64,000 nt of DNA from Mobula hypostoma (lineage: Eukaryota). Under the pieces are notes generated by a model, which did not search any database, was not told where the DNA came from, and saw nothing but the letters and a program-made list of their open reading frames with translations. Positions 27,912 to 39,684 of this stretch are shown here, in pieces. Positions within the stretch are counted from its first letter, which is position 1, and each line of letters starts with the position of its first letter. The DNA lies in assembly GCF_963921235.1 (NCBI RefSeq), contig NC_086108.1, positions 6,820,001 to 6,884,000 of the forward strand. Reading direction: 5' to 3'. Position numbers and translations under genes: made by a program.

Positions 27912-28831
27912 TAAGTTAGCTTGCTGTTATTATATGCAATTGAACTGTTCTAAAGCGGGAATATTTTGAGCTAAGCCCATTGACTACCTCAAGCCAACCC
28001 TTGTCCTCTTTATCTTTCCCTTTGTACAGCAGTACATCTGAATTTATTGATGTTGTCTGCATGTCTTTCCAGCTACTCTACTGGCTTGTTGAAATAGTCT
28101 TTCACTACTTTGTCCCAATTTCCAAACTTTTAACTAGAATCTCAGTACTTGAATTTTTGCTATGTATCTGCAGTTTACATTTGGAAGCTTATTATTTCCC
28201 CATGTTCAGGATTACAAATCATAATTCCAGAAAACTAAATTTCATATTAACCTTTATATTGTGTAGTGCTGGGAAAAAAGTTATGAAGTATACTTAGAAA
28301 TAATTTTATGAGCGGATGACCATAATACTGAACTATTAAGTTTGATCTACTTTGTCAGAATCAGAACGAGATGAACTCTAGCACACTGCTCTGCATGACG
28401 TTCTTAAGAAAACGAGTTTGATTTTCAAGGAAGGAATCAAATTTCAGTTATTTATTTATTTATGTATTGACATACAGCTCAGAATAGGCCCCTCTGGCCC
28501 TTCAAGCCACACCACTCAGCAATCCCCCAATTTAACCCTAACCTCATCACAGGACAATTCACAATGACCAATTAACCTGCCAACTGGTCCATTTTTGGAA
28601 ACTGGGGGGAAACTGGAGCACTTGGAGTAATATGGTCATGGAGAGAGCGTAGAACTCCTTACAGGCAGCAGCGAGAATTGAACCCAGGTCACTGTTACTG
28701 TAAAGCATTGTGCTAACCGCTACTGTGCTGTACATGGAGATGGTTTCCAGTGAGTGTTTCACCAGTTAAGTGTTGTCTTTTCTCATATTTTGGACACAAA
28801 CTGAGCTTCCTTTGTCAATGTTTTTCTAATT

Positions 28832-31800
28832 CAGTGGATTCTGGTTAATTGATCATCGGTTAATTGGGGCAGCTGTTTATTTGAGGTAACTCTTAGAAAA
28901 CAAAAATTAGTTGAGAAAGTAGCCAGGAGTTCCCTTTATTTGGGACACTCTGCTGCTCAATTAGGGCAGGAGAGAGACAGTCACGTGTACTTGTGGCCAG
29001 TAGACACTACACTGTCCGTAGAGTGAAGAGTTGTAGCAGTTGCGTGTTCCTTGTATTACTTTTATCCATTTGGGCCGTCGGCTGCCAACTCAAAAAGCAG
29101 TGATTTTTAAATTTTTGTTTTTAACAAAAATATTTGAGACTTTTGCCACGATGCCACGAAAAGATTTGACACTAACCCAAAAATTAACCCTACTGGACCA
29201 AACACCGCTCATCGTCAGCTACCAGAGGTAATGGGAGTGCTAAAATCTATGATTTCCCACATGATGCATCAGCAAGAAAAACTGCAAGAAGAATGGACAA
29301 TGCGCGAGGGACAACAGGGAATGTACCAAAAACGGAAGTGTGAAGATAAGGATTTATATGTTGGAGGCCATCAATCAATGGTTTTCCATTGTAGCTGGAT
29401 GAGGTGTGCATGTCAGTGGAACCAATGTTAAAAACAAGTCTGAAAAGCTAGCCATGAAGCTGGGTCATGAAGATTTTAAAGCAACAGACGATTGATTGTC
29501 TTGATGGAAATTTAGGCACCACAATAAATTCAAGAAAGCACACAGCGAGAAAGGTAGTGCTGATACTGCAAGTGCAGAAATACGGAGATCTATGAAATTC
29601 CCCAACTTCAAAAACTTTGTGCAGATCATATCTACCATGCTGACGAAACAGGCCTTTTTTTTATCGTACCATGATACAAACACAGAACACTGGCAGGTTA
29701 AAAGAAAGGAATTCTTTGCATAACTGTGTTGTGCAAATATGTCAGCAACTGAAATAAAGAAACTGGTTATTAGAAGTGTTAAACTTAGGTGCTTTAAGGA
29801 GCTAAGATTGGATAGTTTACCATTCGAGTACTATGCTAATAATGTGTGGATGACTTCTGAAATTTTTAAGAAGTTGTTGTTGAGCTACAGAGGAAATCAA
29901 GCAAAATTCTTTTACTTCTGATAATTGTGCAGCACACTCTAATGTGGAATGAGAAGCATCCAGCTGGAATTTCTGTCTGTCAGTGCAACATCCTTGGTAG
30001 ATAGATACGGAAATCATTAAAAAAATTTAAAGCCGTTGTATTGCGCAAAAGTGGTAACCCACATTCTCAAAGTAATTGAAGCAAAGGACTTCAGCAGCTA
30101 AGGGAGTGTTCAAAGGTCCAATTTAATGTCAGAGAAATGTATAAAATGTACATCCTGATATACTTTTTCTTCACAAACATCCACGAAAACAGAGAAGTGC
30201 CCCAAAGAATGAATGACAGTTAAACGTGAGAACCCCAAAGAGTCCCCCAGCGCCCCCCCCCGCACGTAAGCGGCAGCAAGCAATGATCCCCCCTCCCCCC
30301 ACCAGCAAAAAAAAGGCGCATCAGTACCGTCACGGAGCCCAAGTGTTTACTAAGCAATAGCAAAGACACAGACCAAAGTTACCACAAAGGCTTCAAATTT
30401 CATCAGCCATTCGACAAACCACAGGTTCTCTCTCTCCCTGGCAAGGGAGAGGGAGGTGTCCCCCATTTTCACAGTGAGGGGGAGACAAAACAGCAACCCG
30501 CTGGTTTACAATGTTAAAAGTCCGTTTCGTCGCTCTTTTCGAGCTCTGTGTCCGAAGATTGTGAAGACTTCGGGCCCACAGAGAAAGATTTTCCAGCCTC
30601 TCCGACGACACACGAGTCTCCTGCTGTGACACCGACCCTCGATTTACCCCGAAATCGTAGGCTTCCAAACATGAGCGAGACTCTCAGGCCAAACCCTTGG
30701 CATGTCGAATAACGGCCAGTCGTGGAACCCCGAGAATGGGTCCCATTCCCGCAAAGAACCGAAGCCTGCGTGTAACTCCAGGTCAGGGTCTTCAAAAGAA
30801 CCCTGAAAAGGAAAAGTAAAGATATTAACAGTGGAAATAGAGCTGTTTCTGAAGATGCAAACAAAGAAACCGCCGTTAAGTGCCATTAACCCTCCTAAGC
30901 TCTGCCTTGGAGTTAACCAGTTACCAGCACAGTTTGCTAGTGATAATTGGTGAGAAATAAGCAGCAAGACAATTCAGGACTGTTTTGCTCACTGCAGTTT
31001 TGAGCATTCGGGCTCGAAGATGCAGGAAACAGAAATGTTGTGTTTTGCAAATCTGAATCTGAGCTAGTGACTACACAAGATGCCAGGTAATTTATTGTTG
31101 GATTACAATATTACTTCATGCAGGAAGGCAATCATCTTGAATGTTACAATGATGGATGTAATCGTCAAAAGCATTGTATGAAGGCAGTCCATTATCTGCA
31201 CTAGATGTCTGCGCTGATTTTGCTCATTTACAGTCAATCAGAAGAACACAGCAGTTTACACTGGATGAATTCTTCTGTCAGTAACCATTACAAGGTTTAT
31301 CATACTGTAGTAATACTGCCTGTCCAAGAGGATCACCCTTGTCATGGTTTGGAGGCTTCCGTGCCTGAGTGAACTGGAGAGCTCTGTTGTTCGCAGTCAA
31401 GGCTTTATGCTTTGGCTCTTGACAGGCTCACTCAAGCCAACCTGGTCAGAGGGTAGAGGACATGCTAAGAGTGGTCCACTGGTCCTCCAGGTTCAAGGGT
31501 TCAGCTCAGGGCTAGCAACCCTGACTGGTCAAGCAAAACTGTTACAGAAACTGCAATGAAGAACCCTACATCTGAATGCAGCGGTATTCCTGAGCCTCCA
31601 CCCAGGACTTGCATGACTGACAGTAGTGAAAACTGAGAGGAATCTACTGACACAATGAAGGAAGCCTTGAACACCGTCCAGAGATGGAGGACCTTCATTG
31701 CTGTCCTGAATGTCAGCGTGTAACAGGCAGTGAAAAAAATATTGATAGTGTTCTAATTTGTTTTGTGTTTCATTTAAATACATAATTTGTTACTTAGCTA

Positions 31801-31924
31801 AATGGTAGCTTATCTTTTTTATACCTTTTTAACTATTTCCATGAAACTTTGGCTAATGGGGCAGCCACTTAATTGGGTCACAACCTACTGGTTCCAGTGT
31901 GTCCCAATTAACTAGAATCCACTG
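28832..31924 (+). mobile_element. Decayed Tigger/pogo DNA transposon with nested insertions
   Basis: TIRs CAGTGGATTCTGGTTAATTG / CAATTAACTAGAATCCACTG; transposase remnants MPRKDLTLTQKL, WKFRH, ADETGLF, DNCAAH, with frameshifts. Confidence 0.8.
30108..30885 (-). mobile_element. Non-coding retroelement-like insertion with an L2-like tail, nested in the Tigger
   Basis: CpG-rich body interrupting the transposase; ttcaaag...atttaatgtcagagaaatgtata tail like other L2-type ends in the window. Confidence 0.45.
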
Positions 31925-32719
31925 TATATTGATATCCTTCAGTCCTATATTTTACACCATATTCAATTGGATGCTGATTCAGCAGGGTAAGAAATGGTTA
32001 GCTCTATAATAAATAAAACCATACATACAGGTGGTTAGTTTTTCCTGGCCTTCATTAAATTTCTCCAAATAGTTGTCAGCATGCTCAGCAGTTCCTTGAG
32101 GACAACTTGAAGGATATAATTTTAAAATGAGCTTCAAAATTTGATTTGCACCCATCTACTTTTTAATCTATAGAATAAAACAATGTCTTCAAGAAATAAT
32201 TCAAGTCATTCTGTGCATATTTCCAATCTTGTTAACCCTAAGGATAGCATTGAATTTTTAAAATGGTTTCTTTACATTTAATTTTATGACAAGAGTCTCT
32301 AACTTGTTTTCGCCTGTTATCCATTGCTGTCTTTTTTTTCCTGTGTAGACCCTTTGTTTCCATTAGTGATGACCCCACTCTCATCTGCTTTTGTTCTGCC
32401 TTTACTTTTGTTTTGCGGTGTAACAGGTATAAAGGAATTCTCCCTTTACTGATTTTCGCTCTCTGTTGTCCCTTGGGCATGCATGATATGGCACCGTGCT
32501 CTTGTGAGTGTATGGTTTTTGGACCAGTATGCCCCTCTCTCACCACTTCATCTTCTCTCTCTTAACAGTTTTTGAAGGTTGTGGTTTGATTTACTGCATG
32601 AATTGTTTCTGAAATGAACCAAAAAAAATGCAACAGAAGACATCATCCTGTTTTAAAAAAATTTTTCTTAAAATTCATTCTGAAATAGTGAGCTGGCAAC
32701 TAGTCAATGTTTTTTAACT

Positions 32720-33037
32720 TAGTCGTAGTCATACTTTATTGATCCCGGGGGAAATTGGTTTTCGTTACAGTTGCACCATAAATAATTAAATAGTTAAATA
32801 ATAATATGTAAGTATGTAAATTATGCCAGGAAATAAGTCCATGACCAGCCTATTTGCTCAGGGTGTCTAACCCTCCAAGGGAGGAGTTGTAAAGTTTGAT
32901 GGCCACAGGCAGGAATGACTTCCTATGACGCTCTGTGCTGCATCTCGGTGGAATGAGTCTCTGGCTGAATGTACTCCTGTGTCCAACCAGTACAGTATGT
33001 AGTGGATGGGAGACATTGTCCAAGATGGCATGCAACT
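32720..33037 (-). mobile_element. Rex1/Babar-L2-type LINE 3' end
   Basis: HAILDNVSHPLH...STFSQRLIPPRCSTERHRKSFLPVAIKLYNSS; cccccgggatcaataaag tail. Confidence 0.75.
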
Positions 33038-34394
33038 TATTTAGAGATACAGCACGGTAACTGCCCCTTCTGGCACAACGAGCCCTTGCTGCCCAATTTT
33101 ACCCATGTGACTAATTAAACCTACTAACCCTGTACGTCTTTGGAATCTGGAAGAAATCTATGTGGTTATGAGAATATACAAGCTGCTTACAGACAGTGGT
33201 GGGAAGTGAACCCAGGTCACTGGCTATAATAATGGTGCATTACAATGCCACCCTTTGTATATGCATTGAAGCTGCTGGGGTTGCTAAATGGTATTAGTCT
33301 ATGGTATAAAATAAAGTTGGGAAGTAGAATAGTTGTTAGCACAAAGCTTTACAGTACCAGCGATCCGGATTCAATTCACGCTGTTGTCTGTAAGGAGCTT
33401 GTACGTTCTCCCCATGAACCGCACGGGTTTCCCCTGGGTGCTCCAGTTTCCTCCCACCATTCAAAGGCATAGCGGCTGGTAGGTTAATTAATCATTGTAA
33501 GTTTGTCCCATGGTTAGGAAGGCTTAAATCGGAGGATTGTTGGGCAGCACAGCTCGAAGGGCCTATTCCGCGCAGTTTCTCAACAAATAAATAAAATAAA
33601 AATAAAGGCCCTATGAAGAGCGCAAAGCAAATTTTCATGCTGTGCTGCAATGAGGACTCTTGCATTAAGGATTGTGCAATGTAGGCACTTGGATGTACAT
33701 ACAAGAGGAGGCACAGTAACGTAGCTGTTAGCACATTATTATAGGCAACAGCTGCCTCTACTGTAAAGCGTTGTGCTAACCACTACTCCACTGTGCCAAC
33801 CTTACCAACAGACTAAAGTTTGCTTTGCTATTTCCAGTGAAATAGAATACCAATTGGCATGTTTTAATTAGCTTGGTTTAGTTGTATTAAGTTAAGAGTT
33901 TCATTTGCACGCTATCATGATGCTCATGTTAGTTAGAACTGGCTTATGTGTTGTGGCATTTTTAAGATAACACTGATTGTAACAATGCATGTTTATACTT
34001 AAATAGCCAGATCTATAATTGCCTGTCTCCAGGACAAATCTAGTGCTCTACATACATCTAAAACCTATAGATTTACTTCTTCCATTTCAAATCACTCAAA
34101 TTTTTTTCACTTGGATCCATCTCTATCTGCTTAAATGACACTGATACCACTTTTTAAATCTGGGCTAAATTCATTGTGAGCATCAACACTTCTACATAAC
34201 CTGAAGAGTGGCAGTTCTATATGTAATGTTTTCTCGTGGAATTGCTCGATATTCTCTGATAAACATTCAATAGCTATGTTTTTAATACGTGCCCCAACAA
34301 CTTCACCAATCTGTGATTCCGTTCAAGCTTTGCATAACTTTTTCCACAATTTTGAGCTTTCTGGCACCTCTAACTGTGTATCTTTTCATGATAG

Positions 34395-34529
<135 letters not shown>

Positions 34530-34934
34530 TGAATGACTTGCAATGAGCACAGTCTACAGGAATGCATGTTCATTTTAAAAAGTATTTAATGTATTTTGTG
34601 GATGATCATCATGTTATAACCAGACCAAAAGCAAATTCAAGTAGCTAGTAATCTTAAATTTCTTAACAATAAATGATCATATTTTATGGATTAGTTTTTG
34701 GGCTTGATCCATTAAGAGGTTTTTTTTTACACATCAGCCAATTAAAAGGCTTTGGCAGGAGCATAAAACAATTTCAGTTAGCTCATTTTACATTGAGGAT
34801 TTGTGGAACAGAAAGACAGCTGAACTGTCATTTTTGCTGATCCATATTAATGCACGTTCAATGTTACTGAGCTCCAAATTGTGCAGGAGATGATGCACAA
34901 GCCTGTTTTGGATTTTTCGTGACCTTATTCTTTA

Positions 34935-36020
34935 GACTAGGAGCAGAATTAATCCATTTGGCCCACTGAGTCCACTCCACCATTCCATCATGGCTGATTT
35001 ATTATCCCTCTCGATCCCATTCTCCTGCCTTCTCCCCAGAATCTTTGACGCCCTGACTAATCAAGAATCTATCGACCTCCGCTTTGAATATGCCCAATGA
35101 CTTGGCCTCCACAGTCGTCTATGGTAATGAGTTCCACAGATTCACCAACCTCTGGCTGAGGAAGTTCCTCCTCACCTCTGTATTCTGAGGCTGTTCCTCT
35201 CCTAGACTCCCCCACTGCAGGAAATACCCTCTGCACATCCACTCTATCTTGGTCTTTAAATATTCGAATCCTTCCAGTGCTTTTTCTCCGTAAGCACTTG
35301 CTAAGACAAAAAGGACATGACTGAATAATTTACACTTTTACAGATGGATTTATAAACCACCTGATTTAATGTGAAGGGAAGGAGATGGAATTTTTATATT
35401 ATGTTTATATATCTTATAATTTAAGTGCTAATTACCTCCTCTTCCATGTGGGTTGCAGTTTTATTTTATATGCACGCACACTCACTCATTCACCTACTCA
35501 AATACAAGCAGAATTAGGCCATTTAACCCAAGGAGTCTGCTCCACCATTTTATCATGGCTGATCCACTTTCCCACTTGGCCCAATCTCTGTTGTCTTTCC
35601 ATATCCCTTCATGCATCAACCTCTGCCTTAAATATACCTATTGACTTGGCCTCCACAGCCACCTGTGGCAATAAATTCCACAGATTCACCATTCTCTGGC
35701 TAAAAAAGTCCTCTTCATTTCCATTTTAAAAGAACACCTCTTTATTCTGAGGCTGTGCCCTCTGGTCTTAGACTCCTTCACCTTAGGAGTCACCCACTCC
35801 ACATCCACTCTATCGAGGCCTTCATTCTCTGAATTCCAGTGAGTAGAGGCCCAGTGACATCCTCATATGACAAGCCTTTCCATCTTGGAATCATTCTCGT
35901 GAACCTCCTTTATACCCTCTCCAGTGTCAGCACATTCTCTCTTTAATAACAGCCCCAAAACTGCTCCCAGTACTTAAAGTGCGGCTTTTCTGGTACTTTA
36001 TAAAGCCTCAATGTTACATC
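34935..36020 (-). mobile_element. CR1 3' fragments (two)
   Basis: ggagcagaatta..ccatt tail and ttccacagattcacca motif shared with the other CR1 copies. Confidence 0.7.
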
Positions 36021-37041
36021 CACTGACATTTATCAAACATGTAATTCAGAGTGTTGGGTCCAAATGGCAATTGTGGAATTTAAATTCAGTTGCTTAGCAT
36101 TAAATTTCTTTTATTTAAAAAAAGAAGCTAGTAGAATATAATTAAAACTCATCTTGTTCTTGAATGTAGTTCAGGGGAGGAAATCTTCCATTACCTGGGC
36201 TAGCCTGCGCGTGACTCCAAATTCACCTGCATGGTTGAGTTTGAAATGATCTAACAAGCCACTGACTTTGGGGGCAATTGGAGAGAAGCAGTAAATGCTG
36301 ACCTTCTTGATGACATGGATCTCTAAAAATTAAAATTCGAAAAAAAACATTAATATAATGTTCTGTTCTCCTTTCTGGTGTCTTAGCTTTTCTCATATAC
36401 CTATCACTTCCCACTGGGGGCCCCTCCTCCTTCCCTTTTTCCCGTAGTCCAATCTCCTCTTCTATTTGATTCCTTCCTCTCCAGCCTGTTACCTTTCCCA
36501 CCCGCCTGGCTTCACCTATCACCTTCTAGCTATCCTCCAGCCCTCTCTACCCCCACCCACCTTTTTATTCCAGCATCTTTCCCCTTCCCTCCCAGTCCTA
36601 AAAAAAAAAGAGTCTTGGCCCAAAACGTTAAACTTTCCATAGATGCTGCCTGACCTGCTGGGTTCCTCCAGCATTTTGTGTCTGTTGGCTTAAAATAATA
36701 TAACCTCCTCTTGCAAAAAATAGGGAGATGTGGTTCTGAGAGCGCATCCTGGATCTCTTAATTTCCACTAGGAAGGATTTTGATTATTGAAGGCTCTCAT
36801 TTAGCTGTTTAAGTCAGTGAAGGGAGATTGGAAAGAAGGTGATGGAATTCTCACCGCCATGACACTTTGCTGGGGAAGTTCAATCGTTCCATTTAATATA
36901 GAAAATGCATACAATGTACAGTGTGAAATTCTCACTCTGCAACATCCATGAAACAGCTCTCCCCTGGCGCTCCCCCCCTCGCATTTTTAAGTATTTATCA
37001 TATGATTAACATTCCCATTTTCTTCTCTTTCCTGTTTCCAG

Positions 37042-37272
37042 TTGTTGGAATGGATTCGCCAAACCAAACCCTGGCTGGAGAACAGAGAACCTGAGAAAAC
37101 AATGCAAGCCATGCAGCAAAAACTAGAAGACTTCCGTGATTACCGGCGTGTTCACAAACCTCCAAAAGTACAGGAGAAGTGTCAGCTCGAGATCAACTTC
37201 AATACCCTTCAGACCAAACTCCGTCTCAGCAACCGGCCAGCATTCATGCCTTCCGAAGGGAAGATGGTCTCG
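37042..37272 (+). CDS. ACTN4: alpha-actinin-4 exon 10 (spectrin repeat 1), 231 nt
   Basis: tttccag|TTGTTG...GTCTCG|gtgaga; [16 protein letters not shown]...[13 protein letters not shown]. Confidence 0.96.
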
Positions 37273-39684
37273 GTGAGAAATACTTCAGATTTTATCCACT
37301 TGAGCTCAGATGAAATTAGTAAATTATGGTTTCTGACTTGTGCAAATTTGGCTCCTCTGTTTTCATTCTCTTGTTCCTCTCTCCTCCCAGCTAACTACAA
37401 ATTTAACTTCCTCTTCATTCAGTTACACATTGGATTCTAAACCCACGGGTCCTGCTTGTATTTTGATATTCTATTGAAATCATTCTTTTTTCCTGTATAA
37501 AAGTATTTCAGTTAGAACACATTCAGTACTTGTAGCAGGATGTCCAGTTGGTATGTAACAGTGTCCTCCTTGATCAGTTACTATGTGAGGTATAGTTTTT
37601 TTCATTGACTGAGATGTGGGTTTAATACCTTTCTCCAGTTGCCCTTGCATCATGGGGGGGGGGGGCGCATGGTGCTTGCTTGTTGGTCGAAAGCCTTTTC
37701 TACTGTGCCAGTCATCAGTTGGCCCGTTTGAAGATTGCTGCAACTCTTTCACATTGGTTACCTTGTGTATCTGGTTTCAGGCACCTCGGGGTATAAGAAT
37801 AACAGGTGCAGGAGGCTCGGTCTCTCTCCTTTATCCCCAGGGCCTGCTTCAGGCTGAGTTTGCAACCAGTGCTGAAGAACCATTGGGAAACTATCCTGAA
37901 AATACAGGAGGGCCCACATGCACTCTTAGTGAAGGATCTGTTTGTTGAATGGTTAGTTTTTAATTGTGTAACTTGGGGAGATTTCATGAGGTGCCTGTTG
38001 AGTTTGAAATGTTACTGACTGTTTAGTATCATTGTTTTTGTAATTTAGGGTGGCTTAGATGTTTGGTCGAGTGTTTTACTGTTTGTAAATAAATGGTTAA
38101 TGTGCCAGTTCATAATTAGTGTCTTTTGTCTCACTTCTGTCAAACCCGTGAACCTGCTTCCTCGTACCGCCTGAGAAAGGTTATTGGCAGTTCTCCCGCC
38201 CCCACTAACGTTTTAAGATTTAGGATTTCTGGTGACTAGAGAAATAGAGGTAGTTGAGTGTCCATTGTACTCAATCCTGAAAGGGTTCTGTGGGTAGTGA
38301 TGTTCCCTTGTGCAGTTTGGGGAGAGTTGGAGTCTCAAAGTTCACAGTAAATTTTATTAACAAGGTACGTTATATGTCACCATATACAACTCTGAGATTC
38401 ACTTCCCTGTGGCATACTCAGCAAATCTATAGGGTAGTAACTACAATGGGAATCAATGAAAGATCAACCAGAGTGCAGAAGACAACAAACTGTGCAAATG
38501 CAATATAAATAAATAGCAATAAGTAACGAGAACGAGAGATAATGAGATAAAACGTCCTTAAAGTGAGATCATTGGTTATAGGAACATTTCAATAATGGGA
38601 CAAGTGAGTGTAGTTATCCCCTTTTATTCAAGAGCCTGATGGTTGTGCGGTAGTAACTGTTCTTGATCTTGTTGGTGAGTCTGAGGCTCCGGTATCTTGT
38701 ACCTAATGGCAGCAGCAAGAAGAGAGTATGGCCTGGGTGTAATGATCAGATTGTTTTTCATTCTGGCCTTATGATCCTTTGGCATTAGCATGGATAAGCC
38801 TGATTTGGATGTTTTCTTTTGGAACAACTTACTTACTGCCCATTACGCCACTGGTGTTTAGGGCAGCAGTGAAGGTCCTCCATCTCTGGTGGTGTTCAGG
38901 GCTTCCTTCATCATGTCAGTAACCTCCTCTCAGTTTTCACTACTGTCAGTCACGCAAGTTCCAAGTGGAAACTCAGTAATACCATTGCACTCAGATGTAG
39001 AAGGATTCTTCATTGCTTTTTCCATAACAGTTTTGTTTTTCCAGTCAGGGTTCTTAACCCTGAACTGAACCTCCGAACCTGGAGGACCAGTGGACCATTC
39101 ATAGATTGGCCTCTACCCTTTGACCTGTTTGGCATGGGTGACCCTACCAAGAGTCAAAGCGTAAAGCCCTGACCCCAACCAACATAGTTCTCTGGGCTGT
39201 TGAGGCAAGCAAGCCTACAAACCCTGCGACAAGTTGTGGTCTTGGAGGTTCTTTTGAAACCAGTTAAAGAGGAATTGGTAGAAAGGTGATGTGGAATGAT
39301 GAAGTTCACTGTGACTGTTCAGGAAGGAAGTGAATTAACTGAGGTGTCAGTATTGATGGGGTTGTACTCAAATAAACAAAAGGAAAGTGTTCATCACACC
39401 CATGATTTATGCCAGGCGTTCCCAACCTGGGATCCATGAACCCCTCAGTTAATAGTGTTAGGAAAGTACAGCACAGAAATAGGCCCTTTGGCCCATCTAG
39501 TCTGCACTAAACCATTTAAACTGCCTACTCCCTTCAACTAACAGCAGGACCACGGCCCACTATGCCCCTACCATCCATGTTCTTATCCAAACTTCTCTTC
39601 AATGCTGAAATCGAGCTCTCATGCACCACTTGCATTGGCAACTCGTTCCACTCTCTCACCCCCATCTGAGTGAAGAAGCTTTCC

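Noticed and set aside
29151..30080. Domesticated Tigger-derived (TIGD-like) gene
   Set aside because: Multiple frameshifts and stops, with TIRs still present, indicate a decayed transposon.
37730..38220. Possible solo-LTR remnants (also about 52225-52640)
   Set aside because: LTR-like composition only; I could not define TG...CA ends, TSDs or a second copy.
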